Assembly (NCBI GenBank): GCA_965203325.1
Contig: OZ241875.1
Location: forward strand, 1,536,001-1,600,000
Origin: a bacterium
GTDB lineage: Bacteria; UBA8248
Reading direction: 5' to 3'
Length of the DNA stretch: 64,000 bases
Positions 31,078-40,727 of this stretch are shown in pieces. The notes beneath the pieces are model-generated. The model did not search any database, was not told the DNA's origin, and saw only the letters and a program-made list of their open reading frames with translations. Within the stretch, counting starts at the first letter, position 1. Each line of letters starts with the position of its first letter. Made by a program: the position numbers and the translations under genes.

Positions 31078-31581
31078 CTATGAAAGACCCTCCTGCGCAT
31101 CCCGCCAGGCGGGGCGGCTGCCGGGGAACATGTCCGAATCGTGGAACACCTCGATGCGGTTGCCGTCGGGGTCCAGGAAATATATGCCTTCGTGTCCGCC
31201 CCAGAGGCCGTTGCTCGCATCGAGGCGCAAGGGGCCCCAGACGACCTCGATGTCGGGGCGCGAGCGGATGTAGGCCACCGCGTCGTCGAACGCTTGCTGG
31301 TCGGCCACCTCGAACGCGAGGTGGTGCAGGCCTACGTCGCGGCGCGGCACGGTGTCCTCGCCTTCTTCTTCCACCCAGTCTTCGGGCACGCTGAATATCG
31401 CCAGTTGGTGGTGGTAGTCATCCAGATACATGAACGCCGAGCCGAACGGCGCCGCCGGGTGGCTGCCCGCCTCGTGGCGCGAGCGCAGCTTGAAGCCCAG
31501 GACTTCGGAATAGAACTTGATGGCGCGATCCAGATCGCGCACCTTGATGCCCATGTGCTGCAGGCGGATGGAGCGAATCAT
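31078..31581 (-). CDS. VOC (glyoxalase/extradiol dioxygenase) family protein
   Basis: Motifs LQHMGIKVRD, GLHHLAFEV and IYFLDPDGNRIE. Confidence 0.9.
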   Translation of the reverse strand: MIRSIRLQHMGIKVRDLDRAIKFYSEVLGFKLRSRHEAGSHPAAPFGSAFMYLDDYHHQLAIFSVPEDWVEEEGEDTVPRRDVGLHHLAFEVADQQAFDDAVAYIRSRPDIEVVWGPLRLDASNGLWGGHEGIYFLDPDGNRIEVFHDSDMFPGSRPAWRDAQEGLS

Positions 31582-31806
31582 CGAAGGCCTCCCGAGAGTA
31601 TGACCCGATAAGCGAAAGCAGCTCAGCGTTTGGTTCGAGGATACGCGATCCGCCCGCCGGCGTCATCGCCCGGACAGTCCCCTCATGGCCGATCCCCCGC
31701 CGCCCTTGCCGAGATGGCCCAAGTGGAGTATTCCATGAGGGCACGGGAACCCATATCGGTCGATTCCGCAATTTCAGATGTTTTTCCTCGCATGGAGGTC
31801 TTCGCC

Positions 31807-32592
31807 TTGCCCATCATCACGAACGAGACGAAAAGAAAATCCTACGCCGGAGAGGTCACCCTGGGCGCGGGCGTGCGCATGGCGCGAACGGTGGAGGTCG
31901 GCCTCGCCATGAAGGCCGCCGGCTTCGACTGGCTCTTCATCGATCTCGAACACGGACCCTTCGATCTGGAAACCGCACAGCAGATATCCATCGCCGCCCT
32001 GACACAAGGGATCACGCCGCTCGTGCGCGTGGCGTCGCTCGACCCGCACCTGAGCACGCGGATTCTGGACTCAGGCGCGCAGGGCATCGTCCTGCCGCAC
32101 GTGAACAACGCGCAAGAGGCCGAGGAATTCGTCAAAATCTGCAAATTCCCGCCCGAGGGCGGACGCAGCGCGGGCGGGGGGCTGGCCCACGGCCGCTTCG
32201 AGGCCATGGACCCGATGGCGCTTCTGAGCGGCATCAACGACGAGACGCTGCTCGTCGCCATGATCGAGACGCCCGAAGCAGGCGATGAGGCGGACGCCAT
32301 CGCCGCCGTGGAGGGAATCGACGTGCTGCTCATCGGCACGAACGACCTGAGCCTGGGGATGGGCATCGTCGGCCAGCACGACCACCCCAAAGTCAACAAG
32401 GTGTATGACCAGGTGAACGCCGCCTGTCAGAAACACGGCAAGATAGCCGGCATGGGCGGGTCCTATGATCCCAGGATGATCGAGCGCAGAATCAAGGAGG
32501 GGATGCGCTTCATCCTCTCGGGCAGCGACCTGAACTTCATGAGCGCCGGCGCCAAGGCCCAGGCGGACATGATTCGAGAACTCGCGGGTTGA
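31807..32592 (+). CDS. HpcH/HpaI class II aldolase
   Basis: TTG start after GGAGG; motifs GFDWLFIDLEH, MIETPEA and IGTNDLS. Confidence 0.9.
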   Translation: MPIITNETKRKSYAGEVTLGAGVRMARTVEVGLAMKAAGFDWLFIDLEHGPFDLETAQQISIAALTQGITPLVRVASLDPHLSTRILDSGAQGIVLPHVNNAQEAEEFVKICKFPPEGGRSAGGGLAHGRFEAMDPMALLSGINDETLLVAMIETPEAGDEADAIAAVEGIDVLLIGTNDLSLGMGIVGQHDHPKVNKVYDQVNAACQKHGKIAGMGGSYDPRMIERRIKEGMRFILSGSDLNFMSAGAKAQADMIRELAG

Positions 32593-32649
32593 GTTTCCCG
32601 CTCAAACTCCAATTGCCATTCGCAATTTTCATGATAACGGGGAGAAAAA

Positions 32650-33492
32650 ATGAAACTTTTGACTTATGAATCGGATACGGGCCCGCGCGTCGCTGTATTA
32701 ACGGAAAACGGCGTGGAGGACGTCGTCCCCCAGACGGGCGACGCTGCGGAAGTCATCGCCCGGGGCGGGACGCCCGAGACCAGCGGCGAGCCGGTGGCGT
32801 TCGAATCCATCAAAATGCTCCCGCCGGTGGCGAAACTCGCGCGGCCCGTCATCGCCGTGGGGCTCAACTACAAGAAACACGCCGATGAGGGTGCGCGCAA
32901 ATACGGACGCCCGGTGGGCGTCTACCCCGAGATTCCGGTGTTCTTCTGCAAGTGGCCGGGTTCGCACAACAGGCCGGACGGGGAAATCATCATGCACGGG
33001 AACGTGAACGAACTCGACTATGAGTGCGAACTCGTCATCGTGATCGGCAAGGAGGGAATCAACATCTCCGTCGAAGAAGCCATGAATCACGTATACGGCT
33101 ACACCATCATGAACGAGGTATCGGCGCGGGACGTGCAGCGCGCCCACAACCAGTGGTTCAAGGGCAAGGCGCTCGACAGCTTCGGCCCCTTGGGCCCCTG
33201 GATCGTCACCAAGGACGAGGCGGGCGACGGGAACAATCTGGCCGTGATGACGCGCGTGAACGGCCGGACGCGGCAGAGCTCGAACACGAACGACATGATC
33301 TTCGATATCGCCACCGTCGTCTCTGTGCTTTCGGAGAGCTTCACGCTCGTGCCCGGCGACATGATCGCCACCGGCACGCCCGAGGGCGTGGGCTTCGCCA
33401 TGGACCCGCCGGGGCTTCTGAACGTGGGCGACGTGGTGGAGTGCGAGGTCGAGAACATCGGCGTGCTCAGGAGCACCGTCGTCGCGCCGTAA
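32650..33492 (+). CDS. Fumarylacetoacetate hydrolase family protein
   Basis: Motifs VGLNY..H, DYECEL, WFKGK and ATGTPEGVG. Confidence 0.93.
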   Translation: MKLLTYESDTGPRVAVLTENGVEDVVPQTGDAAEVIARGGTPETSGEPVAFESIKMLPPVAKLARPVIAVGLNYKKHADEGARKYGRPVGVYPEIPVFFCKWPGSHNRPDGEIIMHGNVNELDYECELVIVIGKEGINISVEEAMNHVYGYTIMNEVSARDVQRAHNQWFKGKALDSFGPLGPWIVTKDEAGDGNNLAVMTRVNGRTRQSSNTNDMIFDIATVVSVLSESFTLVPGDMIATGTPEGVGFAMDPPGLLNVGDVVECEVENIGVLRSTVVAP

Positions 33493-33583
33493 ACCCTTGA
33501 TGAAGGTGGGCTGATTCCGGCGATTTTGGAGATACGAGCGCACCGAGGACATTCCGTGGAACTTCGCCCCGGCGAATGGGACT

Positions 33584-34084
33584 TTACGTCAGCGTTTGCT
33601 TGAGGTAGGGCACGAGGCCGCCCGCCTTCACCATGTCCATGATGTGGTCGGGCAGGGGCTCGGCTTGTAAGGTCTGGCCCTTCGTGAGGTTCTCGACCCT
33701 GCCCGCGATGGGGTCGACGCGGACGCGGTCGCCCTGCGCTATCGATTCCGCATCGGCGCAGATGAGCACGGGCAGCCCGATGCAAAGAGAATTCCTGAAA
33801 AAATTCCGCGCGAACGTCCGCGCGATGACGGCGCCCACGCCCGCGCCCTTGATGCCGCGCGGGGCCGTCTCGCGGCTCGAGCCGCAGCCGAAGTTCCGCC
33901 CGCCGATGATGACGTCGCCCGCCTGCACGTTTTTGGGGAAATCGGGGTCGACCCCCTCCATGGCGTGCGCGCCCAGTTCCTCATCGGGCAGGCTCGCGTA
34001 TTTGGAAGGCATGATGTAACCCGTATCCACGTTGTCGCCGAACACCCAGGCGCCGCCCTCGATGGTTTGCGTCTCGCCCCTCAT
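33584..34084 (-). CDS. 3-isopropylmalate dehydratase/homoaconitase-like small subunit (LeuD/HacB type)
   Basis: Motifs FGDNVDT, GRNFGCGSSRE and FARNFFRN; ATG overlaps the large-subunit stop. Confidence 0.88.
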   Translation of the reverse strand: MRGETQTIEGGAWVFGDNVDTGYIMPSKYASLPDEELGAHAMEGVDPDFPKNVQAGDVIIGGRNFGCGSSRETAPRGIKGAGVGAVIARTFARNFFRNSLCIGLPVLICADAESIAQGDRVRVDPIAGRVENLTKGQTLQAEPLPDHIMDMVKAGGLVPYLKQTLT

Positions 34085-35346
34085 GAGATGAACTCCCTCG
34101 GGTCGGCCACGCGGCCCTTGACGGCGCTCGCCGCCACCGTGGCGGCCGAGGCCAGGTATATCGACGCCTCGGCGCTTCCCATGCGTCCCTTGTAGTTGCG
34201 GTTGGCCGAGGAGATGCACACCTCCCCGTCCCCGAGTTGTCCCGGCCCCCGGCCCGCGCATACCCCGCACGTGGTGGGCAGGAGCACGCCGCCCGCGTCG
34301 ATGAGCGCGCCGAGCGTTCCGTCCGCCATGGCCTTGCTCATGATGTCCTTGCTCGCGGGCGCGATGAGAAGCTGAAGCCCGTGGGCGACCCGCCTGCCCT
34401 TCAAGACGGCCGCCGCCGCCTGCAGATCGAGGAGCTTCGCGCCCGTACACGAGCCGATGTGCGCGCGATGGAGAGGCGGCGAGTCCACCTCCTCGACCGG
34501 GTAGACGTTGTCCATCCTGTGGGGACACGCCACCTGGGGCGACAGATCCGACACGTCGTAATCGTAGGAGGAAAAGTAAGTCGCATCCGCGTCTGAGCGC
34601 ACGGCCTCCCAGCCGTCCTCCACACCTGCGTCTTTGAGATATTCCGCCGTCGCCTCGTCCACGTCGATGATGGCGCTTTTGGCGCTGAACTCGGCCGCCA
34701 TGTTGGAGAGCGTCATGCGGTCCTCCACGGGCAGCGCCATGAGCGCCTCGCCCTCGAACTGGAGCACTTTATACTCCGCCCCGTCGACCTTGAGGTCCTT
34801 GAGCGCGAGCAGCGCCATGTCCTTCCCGTAAATCCCGGCGGGAACCCGGCCCTTGAAGTGGACCCGTATCGTCTCGGGCACGCGCAGCCAGACCTCGCCC
34901 TTGGCGAGCACGCCGATGCTCTCCGTCGGGCCGATGGCCACACCCAGTGCCCCCAGCGCGCCGGTGTTGGTCGTATGGCTGTCCGTGCCGGTGACGAGAA
35001 CGCCCGGGCGCACGAAGCCCTTCTCCGCCATCAAGATGTGGCAGATGCCCTCCGCGTCGTAGAAATGGGAGAGTTCCTGCTCGGCCGCCCAGGCTCTGGT
35101 GACGTTCAGCACCTTCGACTGCGAGTCGCCGGTGGGCGGGTTGTGGTGGTCGGCCGTGAGCATGAAGCGATCCTTGTTCCAGATGGGGAGGCCGAGTTCG
35201 GCGAAATCCTTCCCCATGCGGAACGGCCCCTGGTTGTCGTGCATGACGTGGGCGTCGACCTTGGCCCATACGATGTCGCCCACGTCCACGCGCTCGCGCC
35301 CGCTGGCGCGGGCCAGGATTTTCTGTGTGGCGGTATCCCCGGACAA
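34081..35346 (-). CDS. 3-isopropylmalate dehydratase/homoaconitase-like large subunit (LeuC/HacA type)
   Basis: Motifs GICH, GTDSHT, IGSCTG, TCGVCAG and NRNYKGRMG. Confidence 0.9.
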   Translation of the reverse strand: MSGDTATQKILARASGRERVDVGDIVWAKVDAHVMHDNQGPFRMGKDFAELGLPIWNKDRFMLTADHHNPPTGDSQSKVLNVTRAWAAEQELSHFYDAEGICHILMAEKGFVRPGVLVTGTDSHTTNTGALGALGVAIGPTESIGVLAKGEVWLRVPETIRVHFKGRVPAGIYGKDMALLALKDLKVDGAEYKVLQFEGEALMALPVEDRMTLSNMAAEFSAKSAIIDVDEATAEYLKDAGVEDGWEAVRSDADATYFSSYDYDVSDLSPQVACPHRMDNVYPVEEVDSPPLHRAHIGSCTGAKLLDLQAAAAVLKGRRVAHGLQLLIAPASKDIMSKAMADGTLGALIDAGGVLLPTTCGVCAGRGPGQLGDGEVCISSANRNYKGRMGSAEASIYLASAATVAASAVKGRVADPREFIS

Positions 35347-35451
35347 AGACGTTCTCCTTCAAATGAGGGGATGCGAAAACGCGACAGTCTTGTATACTCG
35401 CCTTGTCGCATACTATCGGACGCGAAGCAAGACTTGAGAGGTCTTGAGCAA

Positions 35452-36057
35452 ATGGCCGAAGACAAGCAAATCGACCGCAAGGCGTTCTTCACCGAAGGCC
35501 CCCTCTCCTTCATGCGCGCTTTCATGCAGGGGGTGCACCAGGGGGAAACGAGAATCCAGCCCTCGAACCTCGAAGGACCTGTTCTGCGCCCGCCGGGCGC
35601 GGCGGCGGAAGCCGATTTCCTGGACCTCTGCACGGGCAGTGCGCAATGCGCGCTCGCGTGCCCGGCAGACGCCATCCTCATGCTCCCCCGCGAGGACGGC
35701 TCGGGCCTCGAGGCGCCCCGCATCATTCCCGTGGACGGGGCCTGCGTAGTCTGCGACGACCTCTCCTGCATGAAGGTCTGCCCCACGGGCGCGCTCACCC
35801 TCGTCCCCCGCGAGGAGATTCGGGTCGGTCTGGCCGAAGTGAACCTCGAGACGTGCTACGCCTGGAACGGGACGGATGAGGAATGCAACTTCTGCGCGAC
35901 GCGCTGCCCCATCGGCGAGAGCGCGATACGCATCGAGGAGCGAGAGGACGGGAAAGGCCCCGTCATCGGCGATACGTGCGTGGGCTGCGGCACCTGCGAG
36001 CAGCACTGCCCCGAATACCCGGGCGCCGTGCGCGTGTTCCCCATCGAATCTTCCTGA
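35452..36057 (+). CDS. NapG/MauM-like polyferredoxin
   Basis: LRPPGA motif and four Cys-cluster groups (CP ADAI, CP TGAL, CP IGE, CVGCGTCEQHC). Confidence 0.85.
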   Translation: MAEDKQIDRKAFFTEGPLSFMRAFMQGVHQGETRIQPSNLEGPVLRPPGAAAEADFLDLCTGSAQCALACPADAILMLPREDGSGLEAPRIIPVDGACVVCDDLSCMKVCPTGALTLVPREEIRVGLAEVNLETCYAWNGTDEECNFCATRCPIGESAIRIEEREDGKGPVIGDTCVGCGTCEQHCPEYPGAVRVFPIESS

Positions 36058-36060
36058 AAC

Positions 36061-36322
36061 GGGGCTGCTGAAAAAGCCCCCGTCGGTCGGTTTGATTTCC
36101 CCCTCACCGGTATGAAAAGCACCCCCCCCCTACCCCCCCTTGTCAGGGGGGCAAGAAAAAGCAAAACCCCCTCGGCCCGGCGGGGGCGCATCGCCTTTTT
36201 ATACCCCCCTGACAAGGGGGGTAGGGGGGGGTGGTTTCAAAGAGGGAGGTCGAGGGTTCGCGCGAAAGCGGCCTTCCCGCTAAAGGCAATGTCCCCCCGA
36301 CGAGGGGTTTTTCAACAACCCC
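36061..36322. mobile_element. MITE-like element with GGGGCTGCTGAAAAA / TTTTTCAACAACCCC terminal inverted repeats
   Basis: TIRs enclose an inverted pair of CCCCCCTACCCCCCTTGTCAGGGGGG units; core shared with 41459-41788 and 52474-52640. Confidence 0.75.
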
Positions 36323-36350
36323 GATTGCGCCGCAGGTGTGCGGCTTATGA

Positions 36351-36851
36351 TCAGGAAAATTCCTCTTTCAGGATTTCGTGGATGAACCGCTGGACGGCGA
36401 GGGGGTAGAACCGGATGTCCGGCGTTCGGACGACGGCGGTGTCCGTGGTCTCCAGGCGCGCGAGTTCGTTCAGCACCTTTTCCACCAGAACCTCCGGGCT
36501 CCACTCGTGGTGGGTGATCTTCAGGTGCTCGTTCTCGATGTTGAAGTTGCCCGCCGCAACGGCGGGGAACGCGAACACGCGGCCGATGAGGTCGGAATCC
36601 ATCATCTCGGAATCCTCGAAAATCTCGCCGAACGTCTTCTGCGCCTCGGCGGGCGTCCACACCAGCTTGGGAGACACCAGCAGCTTGCCGGATATCTGGA
36701 CCGAACCCGCCTGCTCTTCCACCTCCGGCCCCAGCACCCGGTAGCCGAGTTCGTGATAGCCCGAGACGATGCCCACGTAAGGCCGCTGGAGGATGCGTAT
36801 CTCCTCGCTCACCTGCCTGTGGAAATCGCGCTGCATGTCGTCGTCGAACAT
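36351..36851 (-). CDS. Hypothetical protein
   Basis: Acidic 166-aa ORF with host-like codon usage; GGAG upstream of ATG 36851. Confidence 0.65.
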   Translation of the reverse strand: MFDDDMQRDFHRQVSEEIRILQRPYVGIVSGYHELGYRVLGPEVEEQAGSVQISGKLLVSPKLVWTPAEAQKTFGEIFEDSEMMDSDLIGRVFAFPAVAAGNFNIENEHLKITHHEWSPEVLVEKVLNELARLETTDTAVVRTPDIRFYPLAVQRFIHEILKEEFS

Positions 36852-36976
36852 CGAAACGTCTCCGTCAGGACCGAAAACCAAAAAAACGCAAGCAGGTGTT
36901 GATACCAAATGCCGCCGCGCCGGGTCAAACAAAACGAGACCACGGACGCGCCCCGTCTCTATTCTCTTCTTTTTCC

Positions 36977-38412
36977 TCAGGAATTGATAGCCCGCAAATC
37001 GCCTAAAATCTTCTCCGCCGCATCACCCGCAGATTTCACGCAATCGGGAATCCCGACGCCCCGGTAGGCGTTGCCGGCGAGAGCGAGACCCGGCGTTGCG
37101 CTCAGTCCATCCTCTATTCTGCCCACTTTCTCCAGGTGGCCCACCAGATAATGCGGCAGGGATTCCTCGTAGCGATAAAAGACTTTTCCTTCGGGTTCTC
37201 CCGAAATCCCCAGAATCGGGCGAAGCTCCTCGATCAGCTTGCGAGTCAACTCCTCATCCGTGAGCCCGGCCCGGGAGGCGGCCTCGCCTCCGGCGAAGGC
37301 GCGGATGAGCACCTTGCCCTCGGGCGCTCTGCCCGCGAACTTGGTGCTCGAAAACGAACACGCGAGGAGCGTCTTGTTCTCTATCGCCGGTACGACGAAA
37401 CCCATGGCGTGGAGCGGATTCGCCACCTGCTCGGCCCGGTAGACGAGGTTGAGCGTCGCCAGAGAGCCGCTCGGGATGCTCATCAACTCTGCCGAAATAC
37501 CGGGCGCGGCTTTCTCCAGCATCCGCGCCGCAGCACTTGGCGGCAGGGTGACGCAGACTGCATCGGCATCTATCTCCTCTCCGTCCTCAAGACGAACGCG
37601 CCAGCTTTTTCGTTTCTTTCGAGTGATTCCGCCCGGCATCCCGTCCGAACCATAGCGCCTGAAATCTTCTCCGCCAGCGCGTCCGCCAGGGCGTCCATTC
37701 CACGCTCGAAACTCACGAACAGGCCGTACCTCGGCCCGCTCGCCGAGACGCCCTCGCCAGTTCCTCGCTTTTGCATCCGCTTCCTGAGTCCCAGGATGAG
37801 GCTCCTGTGCTCTCGCTCTATCTCGTGAAACTGCGGCATGGTGGCTTTCAGGCTCAAATGTTCGGGGTCTGCCGAATAGATGCCCGCCACCATGGGCTGC
37901 GCCATTCTTTCCAACGCCTCGCGCCCGAAGCGCCTGCGCACGAAATCGGCCAGGGATTCATCCGCATCCCCACGCCTTCCGGGCAGGAGTACGTCCATCG
38001 CCATCCGGAGCTTGCCGAGCGGGCTGAAGACGGGACTCATCAAGAACGGACCGATTTGGTATGGCGCGAGAAGGTAATATCCCTGGGGCACGGGGAGCAG
38101 TTCGTCGCCCCGCAGGACGAAGCTGCGGCGATGGCGCTCGTTCGTGCCGATGAGTTGACTTCCGAGCCCCAGTTCCTCGCAGAGTTCGACGCCTTCGGGC
38201 TTAGATGCGAGAAAGCAGTCCGGGCCTTTTTCCATCAGGACACCGTCTGAGAACTCGGTCTCGATGACGCCGCCGAGCCGGGAAGACGCCTCGATGAGAT
38301 GAATATCCAGAGAGAGATTCTGCGCCTTCGAGGCCTCAAGGAGCCGGTAACAGGCCACAAGCCCCGTAACGCCTCCGCCAAGCACGACCACCCGCCGGGT
38401 TTTTGCGGTCAA
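36977..38412 (-). CDS. hemY: HemY-type protoporphyrinogen/coproporphyrinogen oxidase, split by a frameshift near 37606-37610
   Basis: N-part has VVVLGGGVTGL, RLGGVI and EKGPDCF; C-part in another frame has GFVVP, FSSTKFAGRAP and AGNAYRGVGIPDC. The frames switch at an A5 run. Confidence 0.85.
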
Positions 38413-39371
38413 CTTCCGCTCTCCGCCATCTTCGCGCGCACCAACTCGGAGAGCATCCCGATAAAGGCGGGGTGCGTGCCCACCGTGGGCGCACGGTAGA
38501 AGCGAAGCCCCGCCGCTTCGGCCGCTTCGCGCGCCTCGATGTCCAAGTCGAAGAGCACCTCCACGTGATCGCATATGAAACCGACCGGGACCACCAGGAC
38601 GGCCTTTGCGCCACCGGCGGCGACGCTTCCGATCACCTCCGTCACGTCCGGGCCGAGCCAGGTGCCGGGAGGAACGTCCGGGCTGCTCTGAAAGCCGACC
38701 TCGTAGCTCTCAAGACCCAGTTTTTGCGCCGCGAGAGCCGCCGTTTCCCGGAATTCCTCCTCATAAGAAGAGGCCTTGGCCATGGAAACGGGTATGGAGT
38801 GGGCCGTAAAGATGACTCTCGCCACATCCGGGCCGTCCTCTTCGGGGAGGGCCTGCCTCATCCGATCGACGACGGCGTCGATGAAGCCCGGATGCTCGTG
38901 CCAGGGTTTTTCGAGAAATTCGACTTCGGGCGCATCTTCGCCCAACTCCTCGCGCGCTGTGGCGACGGCGCCCCGATAAGCCTCCCAGCTTATTTTCGTG
39001 CGATGAGGGGCCAATATGACGCCCAGCGCGCGCCTGAGTCCGCGCCCCCCCATCTCGGCCAGCGTCTCTTCCACGTAAGGCGTCCAGAAGCGATGGCCGG
39101 TATAGACGGGAACGCCCGCACCCGCTTGTTCGAGCGCCATCTCGAGCGCGCCCGCCTGTTTCTGGGAGAAAAACGTGAAGGGCGATACGCCGCCGAAGTA
39201 TTCATAGTGCGCGGCCACCTCCCGGATGCGCTCGGGGCCGCCCGACCTCTGGCCCACGATGCCCTCCACGTAGCAATACGCCTCGCCCGGACATTCCTCG
39301 TAGCGGCGGCAGCAGCCCCGCGTGGGGCCGCCGAAGCCGATCATGATGATGGAATCGAACTTGTCCTTCAT
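38409..39371 (-). CDS. hemH: Ferrochelatase (HemH/CpfC)
   Basis: Motifs GGVSP, FTAHSIP, WLGPD and GFICDHVEVLFDLD. Confidence 0.93.
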   Translation of the reverse strand: MKDKFDSIIMIGFGGPTRGCCRRYEECPGEAYCYVEGIVGQRSGGPERIREVAAHYEYFGGVSPFTFFSQKQAGALEMALEQAGAGVPVYTGHRFWTPYVEETLAEMGGRGLRRALGVILAPHRTKISWEAYRGAVATAREELGEDAPEVEFLEKPWHEHPGFIDAVVDRMRQALPEEDGPDVARVIFTAHSIPVSMAKASSYEEEFRETAALAAQKLGLESYEVGFQSSPDVPPGTWLGPDVTEVIGSVAAGGAKAVLVVPVGFICDHVEVLFDLDIEAREAAEAAGLRFYRAPTVGTHPAFIGMLSELVRAKMAESGS

Positions 39372-40432
39372 TCGGCCTCCGCTTCCCATTCCTGAACGAA
39401 CCCGATGAGTCTCTTGACGTTCTCGACCGGCGTGCCCGGCAATATCCCGTGTCCCAGGTTGAATATGTGGCCCGGACGCGCAGCCCCCTGCCGCAGGACA
39501 TCCTCCGTTCGCTCATAGATACGCTCAGGCGCCGCGAACAGGACGCACGGGTCGAGGTTCCCTTGAACGCCCATATCGCCCAGCCGCTCCCTGGCGTCGG
39601 CCAGTTCCACGCGGAAATCCACCCCCGCCACGTCGCCGCCCGCCCCTGCGAACGCTTCCAGATAGGGCGCGGTTCCCGTGCCGAAGTGGATGACGGGCGC
39701 GCCCTTTTCGATTCCCGCGATCAGCGCGCGGCTGTGCGGCAGGACGAACTCCCGGAAATCAGCGGGCGAGAGGCAACCCACCCAGCTGTCGAAAATCTGC
39801 ACCGCCTGCGCGCCCGCGCGTATCTGTTCGTTCAGGTAGATGGTCAACCCGCGCACGAGCTTTTCCATCAGCGCGTGCCACGCGCCCGAATCGGCGTACA
39901 TGAACCTCTTGGTGTTCTCGAAATTGCGCGAGCCGCCGCCTTCGATCATATAAGACGCGAGCGTGAAGGGCGCGCCGCAGAAGCCGATGAGCGGAAGGGC
40001 GGGGTTCATCTGCTCCCTGGTTTTCCGGACCGCATCGAAGACAAAGCCAAGGCTCTCGCGCGGCTCCGCCTCCCGCAGGCGCTCCACGTCCGAAGCCTCC
40101 CGGACCGGGTTGTGGAGAACGGGGCCTCCCTCCGGGTATTCCAGGTCCATGCCCATGGGTTGCAAGATGAGCAGAATGTCCGAGAACAGGATGGCTGCGT
40201 CCGCCCCGATGGCGTCGAGCGCCGTTACGGCGACCTCGGCGGCCAGATCGGGCGTGCGGCAAAGCTCGATGAAGGAGACCTTCTCGCGAACGGCGCGGTA
40301 CTCGCGCATGTACCTGCCCGCCTGACGCATGAGCCAGACGGGCGTCCTCGCGTTGGGAAGCCCCCGGCAGGCGCGCATGAAGGCGGAATCCGCATACGCG
40401 GGCGCGTTTTCCACTGCTGGATGCGCCGACAT
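39368..40432 (-). CDS. hemE: Uroporphyrinogen decarboxylase
   Basis: Motifs PVWLMRQAGRY, AAILFSDIL, QIFDSW and IFNLGHG. Confidence 0.97.
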   Translation of the reverse strand: MSAHPAVENAPAYADSAFMRACRGLPNARTPVWLMRQAGRYMREYRAVREKVSFIELCRTPDLAAEVAVTALDAIGADAAILFSDILLILQPMGMDLEYPEGGPVLHNPVREASDVERLREAEPRESLGFVFDAVRKTREQMNPALPLIGFCGAPFTLASYMIEGGGSRNFENTKRFMYADSGAWHALMEKLVRGLTIYLNEQIRAGAQAVQIFDSWVGCLSPADFREFVLPHSRALIAGIEKGAPVIHFGTGTAPYLEAFAGAGGDVAGVDFRVELADARERLGDMGVQGNLDPCVLFAAPERIYERTEDVLRQGAARPGHIFNLGHGILPGTPVENVKRLIGFVQEWEAEAE

Positions 40433-40627
40433 GAACCCCTCCTTCAAAACATGTGAGAACCCGTCCTTCCGGGCGGGCCGGATGAAGCCAGTCTAATCCA
40501 AAAACCGCGCCCTCGCCTATCGGGCGAGCCGAATTGACACAAGAGAATGAATGCCGCTCGCTGGACAACGCCGGTTCAGGTAGGATAATAAAGATTCTTG
40601 ATTTCGGGCATCACGCCCCGACACCCC

Positions 40628-40702
40628 GGCGCCATAGCCAAGTGGTAAGGCAGAGGACTGCAAATCCTTTATTCCCCGGTTCGAATCCGGGTGGCGCCTC
40701 CA
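40628..40702 (+). tRNA. tRNA-Cys (GCA)
   Basis: GGCGCCA acceptor stem, D-loop AAGTGGTAA, anticodon loop CTGCAAA, T-arm GGTTCGAATCC, 3' TCCA. Confidence 0.97.
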
Positions 40703-40727
40703 ATATCCCCCGGAGGGAGACGATTCG

